DNA from: an uncultured Clostridia bacterium
GTDB taxonomy: Bacteria > Bacillota > Clostridia > Christensenellales > DTU072
Reading direction: 5' to 3'
DNA: 64,000 nt
Assembly: GCA_944331875.1 (NCBI GenBank)
Contig: CALVJA010000001.1
Coordinates: 161,836 to 225,835 of the forward strand
Shown: one piece after another, positions 56,680 to 64,000 of the stretch
How positions within the stretch are numbered: position 1 is the first letter of the stretch
How the letters are laid out: each line of letters opens with the position of its first letter
Made by a program: the position numbers and the translations under genes
Notes under the pieces: model-generated
Told to the model about the DNA's origin: nothing
Databases searched by the model: none
What the model saw: only the letters and a program-made list of their open reading frames with translations

Positions 56680-56708
56680 TTGCAATCCACGTCTATTTAT
56701 GATAATGT
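56680..56708 (+). promoter_or_regulatory. possible promoter of the rplU-prp-rpmA operon
   Basis: TTGCAA (56680-56685), 17 nt, TAATGT preceded by TG (extended -10, 56700-56708). Confidence 0.4.
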
Positions 56709-56792
56709 ATTATAGCCGCTCGGAAGAGGCTTTTTAAGCGCGCGCTCGGCGCCGCCTCGACGGCGAGTTCCTGAAGGGAGGTCAAAACGGAT
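56709..56792 (+). promoter_or_regulatory. putative ribosomal protein L21 operon leader
   Basis: About 85-nt GC-rich, self-complementary 5-prime UTR (for example GCCGC..CGGAAGAGGC, and GGCGCCGCCTCGACGGCGAG) directly upstream of rplU. A structured L21 leader is known in Firmicutes, but I could not verify the motif by alignment. Confidence 0.35.
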
Positions 56793-57098
56793 ATGTACGC
56801 AATCATCGCAACGGGTGGAAAGCAGTACAAAGTCAGCGTGGGCGACACCGTGAAGGTGGAGCTTCTGAATGCCGAAGTCGGTTCGACGGTCACGCTCGAC
56901 GTGCTTGCCATCATGACGGACGGCGAAGTGAAAGCGGGCGATCAGCTTAACGGGGCAAACGTCTCCGCCGAGGTCACCGCTCACGGAAAGGGCAGAAAAA
57001 TCAACATTTTCACCTACAAAGCCAAAAAGAACGTTCGTAAAAGACAGGGTCACAGACAACCGTACACCGAGCTAAAGATTCTCGGCATCAACGCTTAG
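56793..57098 (+). CDS. rplU: 50S ribosomal protein L21
   Basis: MYAIIATGGKQYKVSVGD start, 101 aa. Confidence 0.97.
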   Translation: MYAIIATGGKQYKVSVGDTVKVELLNAEVGSTVTLDVLAIMTDGEVKAGDQLNGANVSAEVTAHGKGRKINIFTYKAKKNVRKRQGHRQPYTELKILGINA

Positions 57099-57101
57099 TC
57101 C

Positions 57102-57419
57102 ATGACCACGGTAACTTTCACGTTTTTCGGGGATCATATCCTGAAAGTCAGAGCCTCGGGTCACAGCGGCTTTGCCGAGGAGGGTTCCGACATCGTATGC
57201 GCCGCTATAAGCGCGCTCGTACAGGCGGCGGAACTGGGGCTCGAAAAAGCGGCTCGGCTGAACGTGAAAAGCACTACCCGCGACGGGTTCAAAGAATTTT
57301 CGGTTTCGGAACATAACGAAAGATCGGACGCGATACTCGAAACGCTTCGTATATCGCTGAAGGAGATCGAAAAGCAATACCCTCGCCACCTGAAAACGGA
57401 GGATAGAAAAAATGTTTAA
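57102..57419 (+). CDS. prp: ribosomal-processing cysteine protease Prp
   Basis: 105 aa between rplU and rpmA. Catalytic His/Cys context [18 protein letters not shown]. Confidence 0.88.
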   Translation: MTTVTFTFFGDHILKVRASGHSGFAEEGSDIVCAAISALVQAAELGLEKAARLNVKSTTRDGFKEFSVSEHNERSDAILETLRISLKEIEKQYPRHLKTEDRKNV

Positions 57420-57690
57420 TCTTCAATTGTTTGCCCATAAAAAGGGATCGGGCAGCTCTAAAAACGGACGCGACAGCCACGCGCAGCGCCTGGGACCGAA
57501 AAGATCGGACGGGCAGTTCGTGCTCGCAGGAAACATCCTGGTCAGACAGCGCGGCACCAAGTTCCACCCCGGCACCAACGTCGGTATCGGCAAGGACGAC
57601 ACGCTGTTCGCGCTGATAGACGGAGTCGTTCGTTTCGAACGTAAAGGGCGTTACGACAAGAAGGTAAGCGTTTACCAAGCAGAGGCGTAA
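57412..57690 (+). CDS. rpmA: 50S ribosomal protein L27 (with N-terminal propeptide)
   Basis: [22 protein letters not shown]: the Prp cleavage motif followed by the conserved mature N-terminus. Confidence 0.97.
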   Translation: MFNLQLFAHKKGSGSSKNGRDSHAQRLGPKRSDGQFVLAGNILVRQRGTKFHPGTNVGIGKDDTLFALIDGVVRFERKGRYDKKVSVYQAEA

Positions 57691-57701
57691 ACGTCGCCCG
57701 G

Positions 57702-58532
57702 ATGGAGTACGAAATTTCATCGGGAAAAATCTTAATAAAGGATACCTCGGAATTCTACCCGAAACACATTTTGGAATGTGGGCAGGTTTTCAGGTACCTA
57801 AACTCGGATTCAGGCTACAAAATTTTTTCAAAAAAATTATTTTGTGGCTTGATTTATGCTAATGGCTATGTTACAATAGACTCGACCGATACGGACTACT
57901 TCGCAAAGTATTTCGATTTGGACCGCGATTACGGGGATATCAAACGAAGGCTTTCGGGATACCCTCTGATGACGGAAGCGATCGGGTACGGGTACGGCGT
58001 CCGCATCCTGAACCAGGATCCCGCGGAGATGATCTTAAGTTTCATCATATCCGCAAACAACAACATCCCGCGTATAAAGGGCATCATCGAAAGGTTGTGC
58101 CGCGCCGCGGGCGACGATATCGGAGGCGGGGAATATGCGTTTCCGGATATAAGCGCCCTGAGCGGCTTGAACCGCGAATTTTACCGGTCGCTGGGCGCGG
58201 GATACAGAGCGGATTACCTGGTCAAGACGGTCGGCGCGCTTAACGAGGGATTCGATACGGACCTTAAAAACGTACCCCTTGCCGAAGCGCGGAAGCGGCT
58301 GATGTCGCTTTCCGGCGTCGGGAGAAAGGTGGCGGACTGCATATTGCTTTTCGGCTACCACCGTACGGAAGTCTTCCCGGTAGATACCTGGATCGAGAAA
58401 GTCTACGAGAAGATGTTCGGTATAAGCGGTAAAAGCGCGGTGTACATAGCAGATAAACTGTCGGAGTATTACGGCGATTTGGCGGGATACGCCCAACAAT
58501 ACCTGTATTATTACGCCAGAGAAAACCTATAA
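57702..58532 (+). CDS. ogg: 8-oxoguanine DNA glycosylase / HhH-GPD family DNA glycosylase (clostridial Ogg-like)
   Basis: 276 aa. N-terminal LECGQVFRY block and HhH-GPD block LSGVGRKVADCILLFG...FPVDTW. Confidence 0.75.
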   Translation: MEYEISSGKILIKDTSEFYPKHILECGQVFRYLNSDSGYKIFSKKLFCGLIYANGYVTIDSTDTDYFAKYFDLDRDYGDIKRRLSGYPLMTEAIGYGYGVRILNQDPAEMILSFIISANNNIPRIKGIIERLCRAAGDDIGGGEYAFPDISALSGLNREFYRSLGAGYRADYLVKTVGALNEGFDTDLKNVPLAEARKRLMSLSGVGRKVADCILLFGYHRTEVFPVDTWIEKVYEKMFGISGKSAVYIADKLSEYYGDLAGYAQQYLYYYARENL

Positions 58533-58555
58533 AATATAATATGGAGGATGTTGTA

Positions 58556-59140
58556 ATGAACAAGCCCAAAATGATCATACTTGCGGACATCGCCAGTCTG
58601 AAAATTACCTGCAACGGCTTCAAGCAGATCGTAAAGAATCTGGAAGCGAAATTCGAGGTCGTCACCTGCAAATTCTACTCCTATGTAGCAAAGCGCAATC
58701 GTGACTACAACGAATACATCTCCGCAAACGGATTCGCGACCTCCCTGCCCAGTGCCAGCCGTCGCCGCAACAAGCTCGATTCCCGCCAGGTCATCGACGC
58801 TGCCGACATCGCTGCGGTAGGAAATATCGACGCCGTAGGAATGATCACCGGCGAAGGCGATATCCTTCCCGTCATTGATCTACTGAAGGGAAAGGGCATC
58901 GATGTTTACGACATCAACGTGACCGAAGGCAAATACGCATACGCCTACACCGGTTTCATCGCCGTACCCACCTCCGCTCTCCGCGAAGGCTATACCGCTC
59001 CCGCAACCAAGGCTCAGCAAAAACGCGCTCCGAAGCCCGTCCAGCAGCCGCAGGCGCCGCAGGGCAACAGCGATTATCTGAGCGAAGCGAGAAGGATACT
59101 CGACGGCAACTCGATATTCAACAAATATCGCAACAGATAA
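58556..59140 (+). CDS. NYN (LabA-like) domain protein, function unknown
   Basis: About 194 aa. ILADIASL and ITGEGDILPVIDLLKGKGIDVY resemble the NYN/LabA acidic motifs. Gln/Pro-rich C-terminal tail. Start placed at the ATG at 58556, 7 nt after GGAGGA; the track start at 58541 lies inside that RBS. Confidence 0.5.
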   Translation: MNKPKMIILADIASLKITCNGFKQIVKNLEAKFEVVTCKFYSYVAKRNRDYNEYISANGFATSLPSASRRRNKLDSRQVIDAADIAAVGNIDAVGMITGEGDILPVIDLLKGKGIDVYDINVTEGKYAYAYTGFIAVPTSALREGYTAPATKAQQKRAPKPVQQPQAPQGNSDYLSEARRILDGNSIFNKYRNR

Positions 59141-59195
59141 AGTTATTCCGTTTATCCGAATCGGCACGATCGTGCCGGACAAGACACGACTTTGG

Positions 59196-59226
59196 CGAGT
59201 CCGTATCGTTGCGGACTCGTTTTTTT
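59196..59226 (+). terminator. rho-independent terminator
   Basis: CGAGTCCG-tatcgttg-CGGACTCG followed by 7 T. Preceded by a perfect palindrome CGGCACGATCGTGCCG (59162-59177). Confidence 0.85.
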
Positions 59227-59277
59227 GTCGCGTCGGAATAAGGATCAAACGCATTTACGAATATTTTTAAGATATGC

Positions 59278-59306
59278 TTGACATATAGCGGCATATCGTA
59301 TATACT
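59278..59306 (+). promoter_or_regulatory. sigma-A-type promoter for the ylxM-ffh-rpsP operon
   Basis: TTGACA (59278-59283), 17 nt, TATACT (59301-59306). Confidence 0.6.
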
Positions 59307-59335
59307 GTACAGGTAAAATACTTGACAGGTAAAAG

Positions 59336-59656
59336 ATGCTTGAACATGTGAAAATGAGTTTGCTCGCCGATTATTACGGCGGACTTCTGACGGAACACCA
59401 ACTCCGGGTGGTCAGGGGCGTGTACGACGAGGATCTGTCGCTTAATGAACTTGCGGAGGAGCTGGGTACCTCCAGACAGGCGGTGCACGATATTTTGAAG
59501 CGCGCGTCGGCAAAACTTCTTTTGTTCGAGAAAAAACTTTCGCTTGTTAGGAAGATCACCGGAGTGGTGTCAAAGATAGAAGAGCTTATGGTATCCCTGG
59601 ATACCGAAACCGCCGAAAAGCTCGGCAGGATATTGGACGATATAAAGGAGATATAA
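59336..59656 (+). CDS. ylxM: YlxM/UPF0122 putative DNA-binding protein (sigma-70 region 4-like HTH)
   Basis: 106 aa. MLEHVKMSLLADYYGGLLTEHQ and LSLNELAEELGTSRQAVHD match YlxM. Directly upstream of ffh. Confidence 0.85.
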   Translation: MLEHVKMSLLADYYGGLLTEHQLRVVRGVYDEDLSLNELAEELGTSRQAVHDILKRASAKLLLFEKKLSLVRKITGVVSKIEELMVSLDTETAEKLGRILDDIKEI

Positions 59657-60985
59657 ATGGCGCTGTTCGGCTCGTTATCCGAAAAGATCAACCATGCGTT
59701 CTCGAAGCTTAAAAACAAGGGGGCGCTGACGGAGCTGGAGATCAAAAACGCTATGCGCGAGGTGCGTATAGCGCTTCTCGAGGCGGACGTCAACTACACC
59801 GTCGTCAAAGAGTTCATAAACCGAGTCTCCGAAAAGGCGAAGGGCGAGCTTATCCTGAAGGGACTCGAAAGCTCCCACCAGGTCGTAAAGATAGTGAACG
59901 AGGAGCTCATCGAGTTGATGGGCTCGAAGCACGCGAAACTCGAGGTCGCCGACAGGCCGCCCACCGTGTATATGATGTGCGGACTGCAGGGCGCGGGAAA
60001 GACCACGATGTGCGGAAAACTCGCAGCGCTTTTGAAAAAGGACGGAAAGCGCGTACTGCTCGCCGCCTGCGATATCTACAGACCCGCCGCTATAAAACAG
60101 CTCGAGGTCGTAGGCTCCAAGGCGGGCGTAGAGGTGTTCCAGATGGGTCAGACCGATCCCGTCAGGATATCGCTTGCCGCCATTGACTACGCGAAAAAAC
60201 AGGGGCTCGACACCGTCATCATCGACACCGCGGGAAGGCTTCACATCGACAAACCCCTGATGGACGAACTCCGTTCGATAAAGGCGAAAACGGAACCGAA
60301 GGAGATCCTTTTGGTCGTCGACGCGATGCTCGGACAGGATTCGGTGAACGTCGCGGCTTCGTTTAATTCGGAACTCGATATAAGCGGCGTGATACTTACA
60401 AAGCTCGACGGCGACACCCGCGGCGGCGCGGCGCTTTCGATAAAAGCGATATGCGGTAAGCCGATAAAATTCGTGGGAACGGGCGAAAAGCTCACCGACA
60501 TCGAACCCTTCCACCCCGACAGGATGGCGTCGAGGATCCTCGGCATGGGCGACGTGATGACGCTTATCGAGAAGGCGCAGAACGCCATTTCAGAGGAAGA
60601 AGCGCAGAAAATGGCGAAAAAGATGAAGGAAAACTCCTTCGATCTGGAGGATTATCTGACGCAGCTGAACGGCATGAAAAAGATGGGCGGGATGCGCGAT
60701 ATGCTCGAAATGCTTCCCGGGATGGGGCAGAAACTGAAGGGCGCGAACCTGGAGGTGGACGAAAAACAACTCGAAAAGACAAAAGCGATAATCCTGTCGA
60801 TGACGCCGAAGGAGCGCAGAAACCCGCAGATACTGAACGCCTCGAGGCGCAGAAGGATCGCAAAAGGCTCGGGAACCGAGGTGCAGGATGTCAACAGGCT
60901 TTTGAATCAATTCGAGCAGACGAAGCAGATGGTCAAAAAGCTGGCGACAGGGAAGATGCCTTTCCCGTTCCGCGGCATGAAATAA
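59657..60985 (+). CDS. ffh: signal recognition particle protein Ffh
   Basis: 442 aa. [14 protein letters not shown] and [10 protein letters not shown] blocks, and a Met-rich M domain. Confidence 0.97.
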   Translation: MALFGSLSEKINHAFSKLKNKGALTELEIKNAMREVRIALLEADVNYTVVKEFINRVSEKAKGELILKGLESSHQVVKIVNEELIELMGSKHAKLEVADRPPTVYMMCGLQGAGKTTMCGKLAALLKKDGKRVLLAACDIYRPAAIKQLEVVGSKAGVEVFQMGQTDPVRISLAAIDYAKKQGLDTVIIDTAGRLHIDKPLMDELRSIKAKTEPKEILLVVDAMLGQDSVNVAASFNSELDISGVILTKLDGDTRGGAALSIKAICGKPIKFVGTGEKLTDIEPFHPDRMASRILGMGDVMTLIEKAQNAISEEEAQKMAKKMKENSFDLEDYLTQLNGMKKMGGMRDMLEMLPGMGQKLKGANLEVDEKQLEKTKAIILSMTPKERRNPQILNASRRRRIAKGSGTEVQDVNRLLNQFEQTKQMVKKLATGKMPFPFRGMK

Positions 60986-61029
60986 AACAAAAAAACCGAA
61001 ATACAAGTACACAAACGGAGGACACACAA

Positions 61030-61365
61030 ATGGCAGTAAAGATCAGACTTCACAGAATGGGCGCAAAGAAAAATCCCTTCTACCGCATCGTCGCTATCGA
61101 TTCCAGAAAATCGCGTGACGGCGAGTACATCGAGCAGATCGGATACTACAACCCCAAGACCAACCCCGCCGACGTCAAAATCGACAAGGCTTTGGCTGAA
61201 AAATGGCTCGGAGTAGGCGCTCAGCCCACCGACACCGTAAAGTCGCTTTTCGTTAACGCCGGCATCATGAACGGCGGATACAAAAAAGCGGCTAAGGCGG
61301 AACCCGAAGCGGTCGACGCCGTGGAAGCGGCGGTAGAGGCAGCCGTCCAGAAGTCAGAGGAATAA
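61030..61365 (+). CDS. rpsP: 30S ribosomal protein S16 (with Ala/Glu-rich C-terminal extension)
   Basis: [22 protein letters not shown] start, 111 aa. Confidence 0.96.
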   Translation: MAVKIRLHRMGAKKNPFYRIVAIDSRKSRDGEYIEQIGYYNPKTNPADVKIDKALAEKWLGVGAQPTDTVKSLFVNAGIMNGGYKKAAKAEPEAVDAVEAAVEAAVQKSEE

Positions 61366-61366
61366 T

Positions 61367-61597
61367 ATGCGCGATTTCGTAGATTTTCTCGTCAGACAGA
61401 TAGTCGACGAATCCAGCTACGAGATAGTCATGCTCGACGACGGCGACAACGTGGATATAAAGGTCTATGTCGACAAGGACAAAGTAGCGCGGCTCATCGG
61501 TAAATCCGGCAGGCTCGCAAAAGCCATCCGCACCATCGTCAAGGCGGCGGCGCAGGGCTCGGACAAGCGCTACGACGTTTATATCGAGGAAAGATAA
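61367..61597 (+). CDS. KH domain RNA-binding protein (YlqC/KhpA-like)
   Basis: 76 aa. GKSGRLAKAIRTIV is a GxxG KH motif. Conserved position between rpsP and rimM. Confidence 0.85.
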   Translation: MRDFVDFLVRQIVDESSYEIVMLDDGDNVDIKVYVDKDKVARLIGKSGRLAKAIRTIVKAAAQGSDKRYDVYIEER

Positions 61598-61605
61598 AGT
61601 CCGCG

Positions 61606-62097
61606 ATGCTGGAACTCGGCATTTTCAGGCGCGCGCACGGCGTCAGGGGCGAGATCAAACTGACGACTTCGCTTCCGGAAAAATATTTTCCGGAAGTTTC
61701 GCGCGTATATATAAACGGCGAAACGTACGTCGTAGAGAAGATGCGACCCGTCACGGGCGGAGCGATATTGAAGCTTAAGGGCGTGGATGACAAAAACGCC
61801 GCCGATTCGATACGCGGTACGCCTTATATCCCCGACGAATACCGCCCGACGCTCGATGACGACGAATATTTTCTGGACGACCTTATCGGAAAAGAGGTTT
61901 TTTCGGGCTCCGAAAAGATCGGGAATATAATCCGGGCGGAACGCATTACCGGGCGCGATATATGGACTATATCGACCGTGAAAGGCGAAGTAATGGTGCC
62001 CGTAATAGACGGTTTGGTCACCGAATTCGCGCTTGACAAAGGTTTCGTCGTGTTGGACGAAACGGTTTTCGGGAGGGTCGGAGTATATGAAAATTAG
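61606..62097 (+). CDS. rimM: 16S rRNA processing protein RimM
   Basis: 163 aa. GIFRRAHGVRGEIK start, with a PRC-barrel C-terminus. Confidence 0.9.
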   Translation: MLELGIFRRAHGVRGEIKLTTSLPEKYFPEVSRVYINGETYVVEKMRPVTGGAILKLKGVDDKNAADSIRGTPYIPDEYRPTLDDDEYFLDDLIGKEVFSGSEKIGNIIRAERITGRDIWTISTVKGEVMVPVIDGLVTEFALDKGFVVLDETVFGRVGVYEN

Positions 62098-62776
62098 CGT
62101 TCTGACGCTGTTTCCCGAGATGTACAAGGCGCTGGAGCATAGCATAATCGGGAGAGCCGTCGAAAAGGGACTTATAAGTATTTCCGTAGTAAATATCCGA
62201 GACTACTCCGCGAACAAGCACAAAAAGACGGACGACTATCCGTTCGGCGGGGGTGCCGGCATGGTGATGACTCCGCAGCCGCTGCACGACGCTATATGTG
62301 CCGCCGATCCCGATAGAAAGGCGCTCAGGATATACTTGAGTCCCAAAGGCGCGAGGCTCGACCAAAAACTGGTCGAGAGACTTAGCGGCGAGAGCGAGAT
62401 CCTTCTCGTCAACGGAGCGTACGAGGGGATAGACGAAAGGATAGTCACGCTCGACATCGACGAGGAGATATCGATAGGCGATTACGTTCTGACTTCAGGG
62501 GATCTCGCGTCGATGGTCGTCATAGACGCGGTGGCGCGCTATGTCCCCGGGGTACTCGGGTCGGAGGAATCCACGGGCGAGGAGAGTTTCTCCGAGGGGC
62601 TTTTGGAGTATCCGCAATACACCAGACCGCAAAATTTTATGGGGCTCGAAGTCCCCGAGGTGCTCCTGAGCGGCAACCACGCCGAAATAGCCGCGTGGCG
62701 GAAACGGATGAGTATGGAGTTGACCGCGCAGAGGCGCCCCGATCTTCTAAGCGCCTCTGACGAAAAAAAGGAGTAG
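62087..62776 (+). CDS. trmD: tRNA (guanine37-N1)-methyltransferase TrmD
   Basis: MKISVLTLFPEMY start and DDYPFGGGAGMVM block. Start moved to the ATG at 62087. Overlaps rimM by 11 nt. Confidence 0.95.
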   Translation: MKISVLTLFPEMYKALEHSIIGRAVEKGLISISVVNIRDYSANKHKKTDDYPFGGGAGMVMTPQPLHDAICAADPDRKALRIYLSPKGARLDQKLVERLSGESEILLVNGAYEGIDERIVTLDIDEEISIGDYVLTSGDLASMVVIDAVARYVPGVLGSEESTGEESFSEGLLEYPQYTRPQNFMGLEVPEVLLSGNHAEIAAWRKRMSMELTAQRRPDLLSASDEKKE

Positions 62777-62779
62777 ACG

Positions 62780-63616
62780 ATGCGTATCCATTGGTTCCCC
62801 GGGCACATGACAAAAGCGATACGGATGATGCGCGAGGAAGCGAAAAACGTCGATTCCGTGATATATGTATTGGATTCGCGCGCGCCGCGCTCCTGCCTGA
62901 ACGATTCGTTCGAAGAGGTCATACGCGGGAAAACTCGACTTTATGTTCTCAACAAAGCCGATCTGGTAGCCCGAACCGAAGTTTTGAAGTGGGCGGAGTA
63001 TTTTGCGGGGCTCGGTATGGAATGCATTTATACAGACTCGCTTTCCAAAAAAGATTCCGCTTCCATCGTAAAAAAGCTTTTGAAAGTCAACTCGGGAGTC
63101 ATCGAAAGATACCGCGCTAAAGGGGTGCGCAAGACCGTCCGCGCGATGGTCATCGGCGTTCCCAATTCCGGTAAATCCACTCTCATCAATTCGCTTGCAC
63201 CCGTAAAACGCGCCGTGACGGGGAACCGTCCCGGGGTGACGAGAGGCAAACAATGGGTGTCGATAGGCGCGGGGGTGGAACTTCTGGACAGCCCCGGAGT
63301 GCTTTATCCCGATTTTTCCGACGAGGAAAAGGCGTTGAGGCTCGCCCTAATCGGTTCCGTCAGGGACGAGGTCGTGGATATAACGGAGCTTGCGAGAGAG
63401 GGCTACAAGCTGTTTTCGAAAATATTCCCGGAGGCGCTTGAGGAGCGCTACGGGGAACTTCATGAAAACGCCGACGGGGCGCTGGAGGCGATCGCCGTAA
63501 AGCGGGGGCTCATGCTGAAAGGCGGCGTACCCGACGTCGAACGCGCCGCCAAAACGCTCGTCACCGATTACAGAAAAGGGTATCTCGGCAAAAAACCGCT
63601 GGAGGAGCCGAAGTGA
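62780..63616 (+). CDS. rbgA: ribosome biogenesis GTPase A (RbgA/YlqF)
   Basis: MRIHWFPGHMTKA start. Circularly permuted GTPase motifs: NKADL precedes GVPNSGKST. Confidence 0.92.
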   Translation: MRIHWFPGHMTKAIRMMREEAKNVDSVIYVLDSRAPRSCLNDSFEEVIRGKTRLYVLNKADLVARTEVLKWAEYFAGLGMECIYTDSLSKKDSASIVKKLLKVNSGVIERYRAKGVRKTVRAMVIGVPNSGKSTLINSLAPVKRAVTGNRPGVTRGKQWVSIGAGVELLDSPGVLYPDFSDEEKALRLALIGSVRDEVVDITELAREGYKLFSKIFPEALEERYGELHENADGALEAIAVKRGLMLKGGVPDVERAAKTLVTDYRKGYLGKKPLEEPK

Positions 63617-64000
63617 AAAACGAAACGGATATGTTCCGATACGAGCGGGAGCTTATGTCGCGCGGCATTTACTATATAGCGGGCGTCGACGAAGCGGGCA
63701 GGGGACCTTTGGCGGGCCCCGTCGCCGCGGCGGCGTGTATACCGTGCCTCGACAAACCCGTGGCGGGCGTGAACGATTCGAAGAAACTCACTCCGAAAAA
63801 GAGGGAGGAGCTCTACGAAAAAATACGCGAAACGGCGGTTTCGTACAAAGTCGTCATGCTCGATAACCATGTCATTGACGAGATAAACATTTTGGAAGCC
63901 ACCAAACGCGCGATGCGCGAGGCGCTCGAGGGGCTTTTCCCGATACCGGAATACGTGATTTTGGACGCGGTGAAATTCAACGATCTGCCGTATCCCGCGA
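63613..64000 (+). CDS. rnhB: ribonuclease HII (3-prime partial, runs off the window)
   Basis: My own translation from the GTG at 63613 (GTGA overlap with the rbgA stop) gives ...YYIAGVDEAGRGPLAGPVAAAA...NDSKKLTPKKREELY, the RNase HII active-site blocks. The ATG at 63631 is an alternative start. Not in the ORF track because no stop occurs before the window end. Confidence 0.85.
   Translation, partial: MKNETDMFRYERELMSRGIYYIAGVDEAGRGPLAGPVAAAACIPCLDKPVAGVNDSKKLTPKKREELYEKIRETAVSYKVVMLDNHVIDEINILEATKRAMREALEGLFPIPEYVILDAVKFNDLPYPA

Overview
This window looks like core chromosome from a moderately GC-rich, Clostridia-like Firmicute; the taxon is inferred from gene content and synteny only. I call about 62 CDS, all but 5 on the + strand, and many are separated by tiny gaps or 4-20 nt overlaps. 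Recognisable blocks, in order: glyQS-PAP2 on the minus strand; a deacetylase, an M16 peptidase, then ftsK-rimO-cinA-recA-rny; a MATE exporter and an ABC-2 exporter; an aconitase-family gene followed by paaK-iorA-iorB-paaK-ACT-alr-MTHFS-rsmD::coaD; smc-ftsY; rnfCDGEAB; tsaC-rpiB followed by a V-type ATPase operon in the Enterococcus hirae ntpFIKECGABD order; an LRR lipoprotein, manA and glk; rplU-prp-rpmA; ogg and a NYN-domain gene; and ylxM-ffh-rpsP-KH-rimM-trmD-rbgA-rnhB. I recognised no rRNA, tRNA, CRISPR array, transposase, integrase or phage gene. No defence-island-like accessory system is evident. The most unusual signal is non-coding: a modular intergenic repeat family. It has two long copies at about 18078-18290 and 35385-35618, and two short copies at about 5027-5092 and 44057-44120. 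The long copies carry four hairpins at conserved spacing, separated by a conserved 11-nt linker (TTATTTCACAA). The stems differ between copies through compensatory changes and G-U wobbles that only work on the + strand. Three of the four copies sit directly upstream of sigma-70-like promoters. Other points worth a second look: an unusually long (~900 nt) non-coding stretch between ftsY and rnfC; two apparently leaderless genes; an alanine racemase with no canonical start codon, in frame behind the ACT gene stop; an RsmD-CoaD fusion; a 64-aa peptide with about 20 Cys; and a V-ATPase c-subunit that retains the Na+-binding residues as I recall them. All calls come from reading the sequence and ORF track. 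No searches or computations were run.
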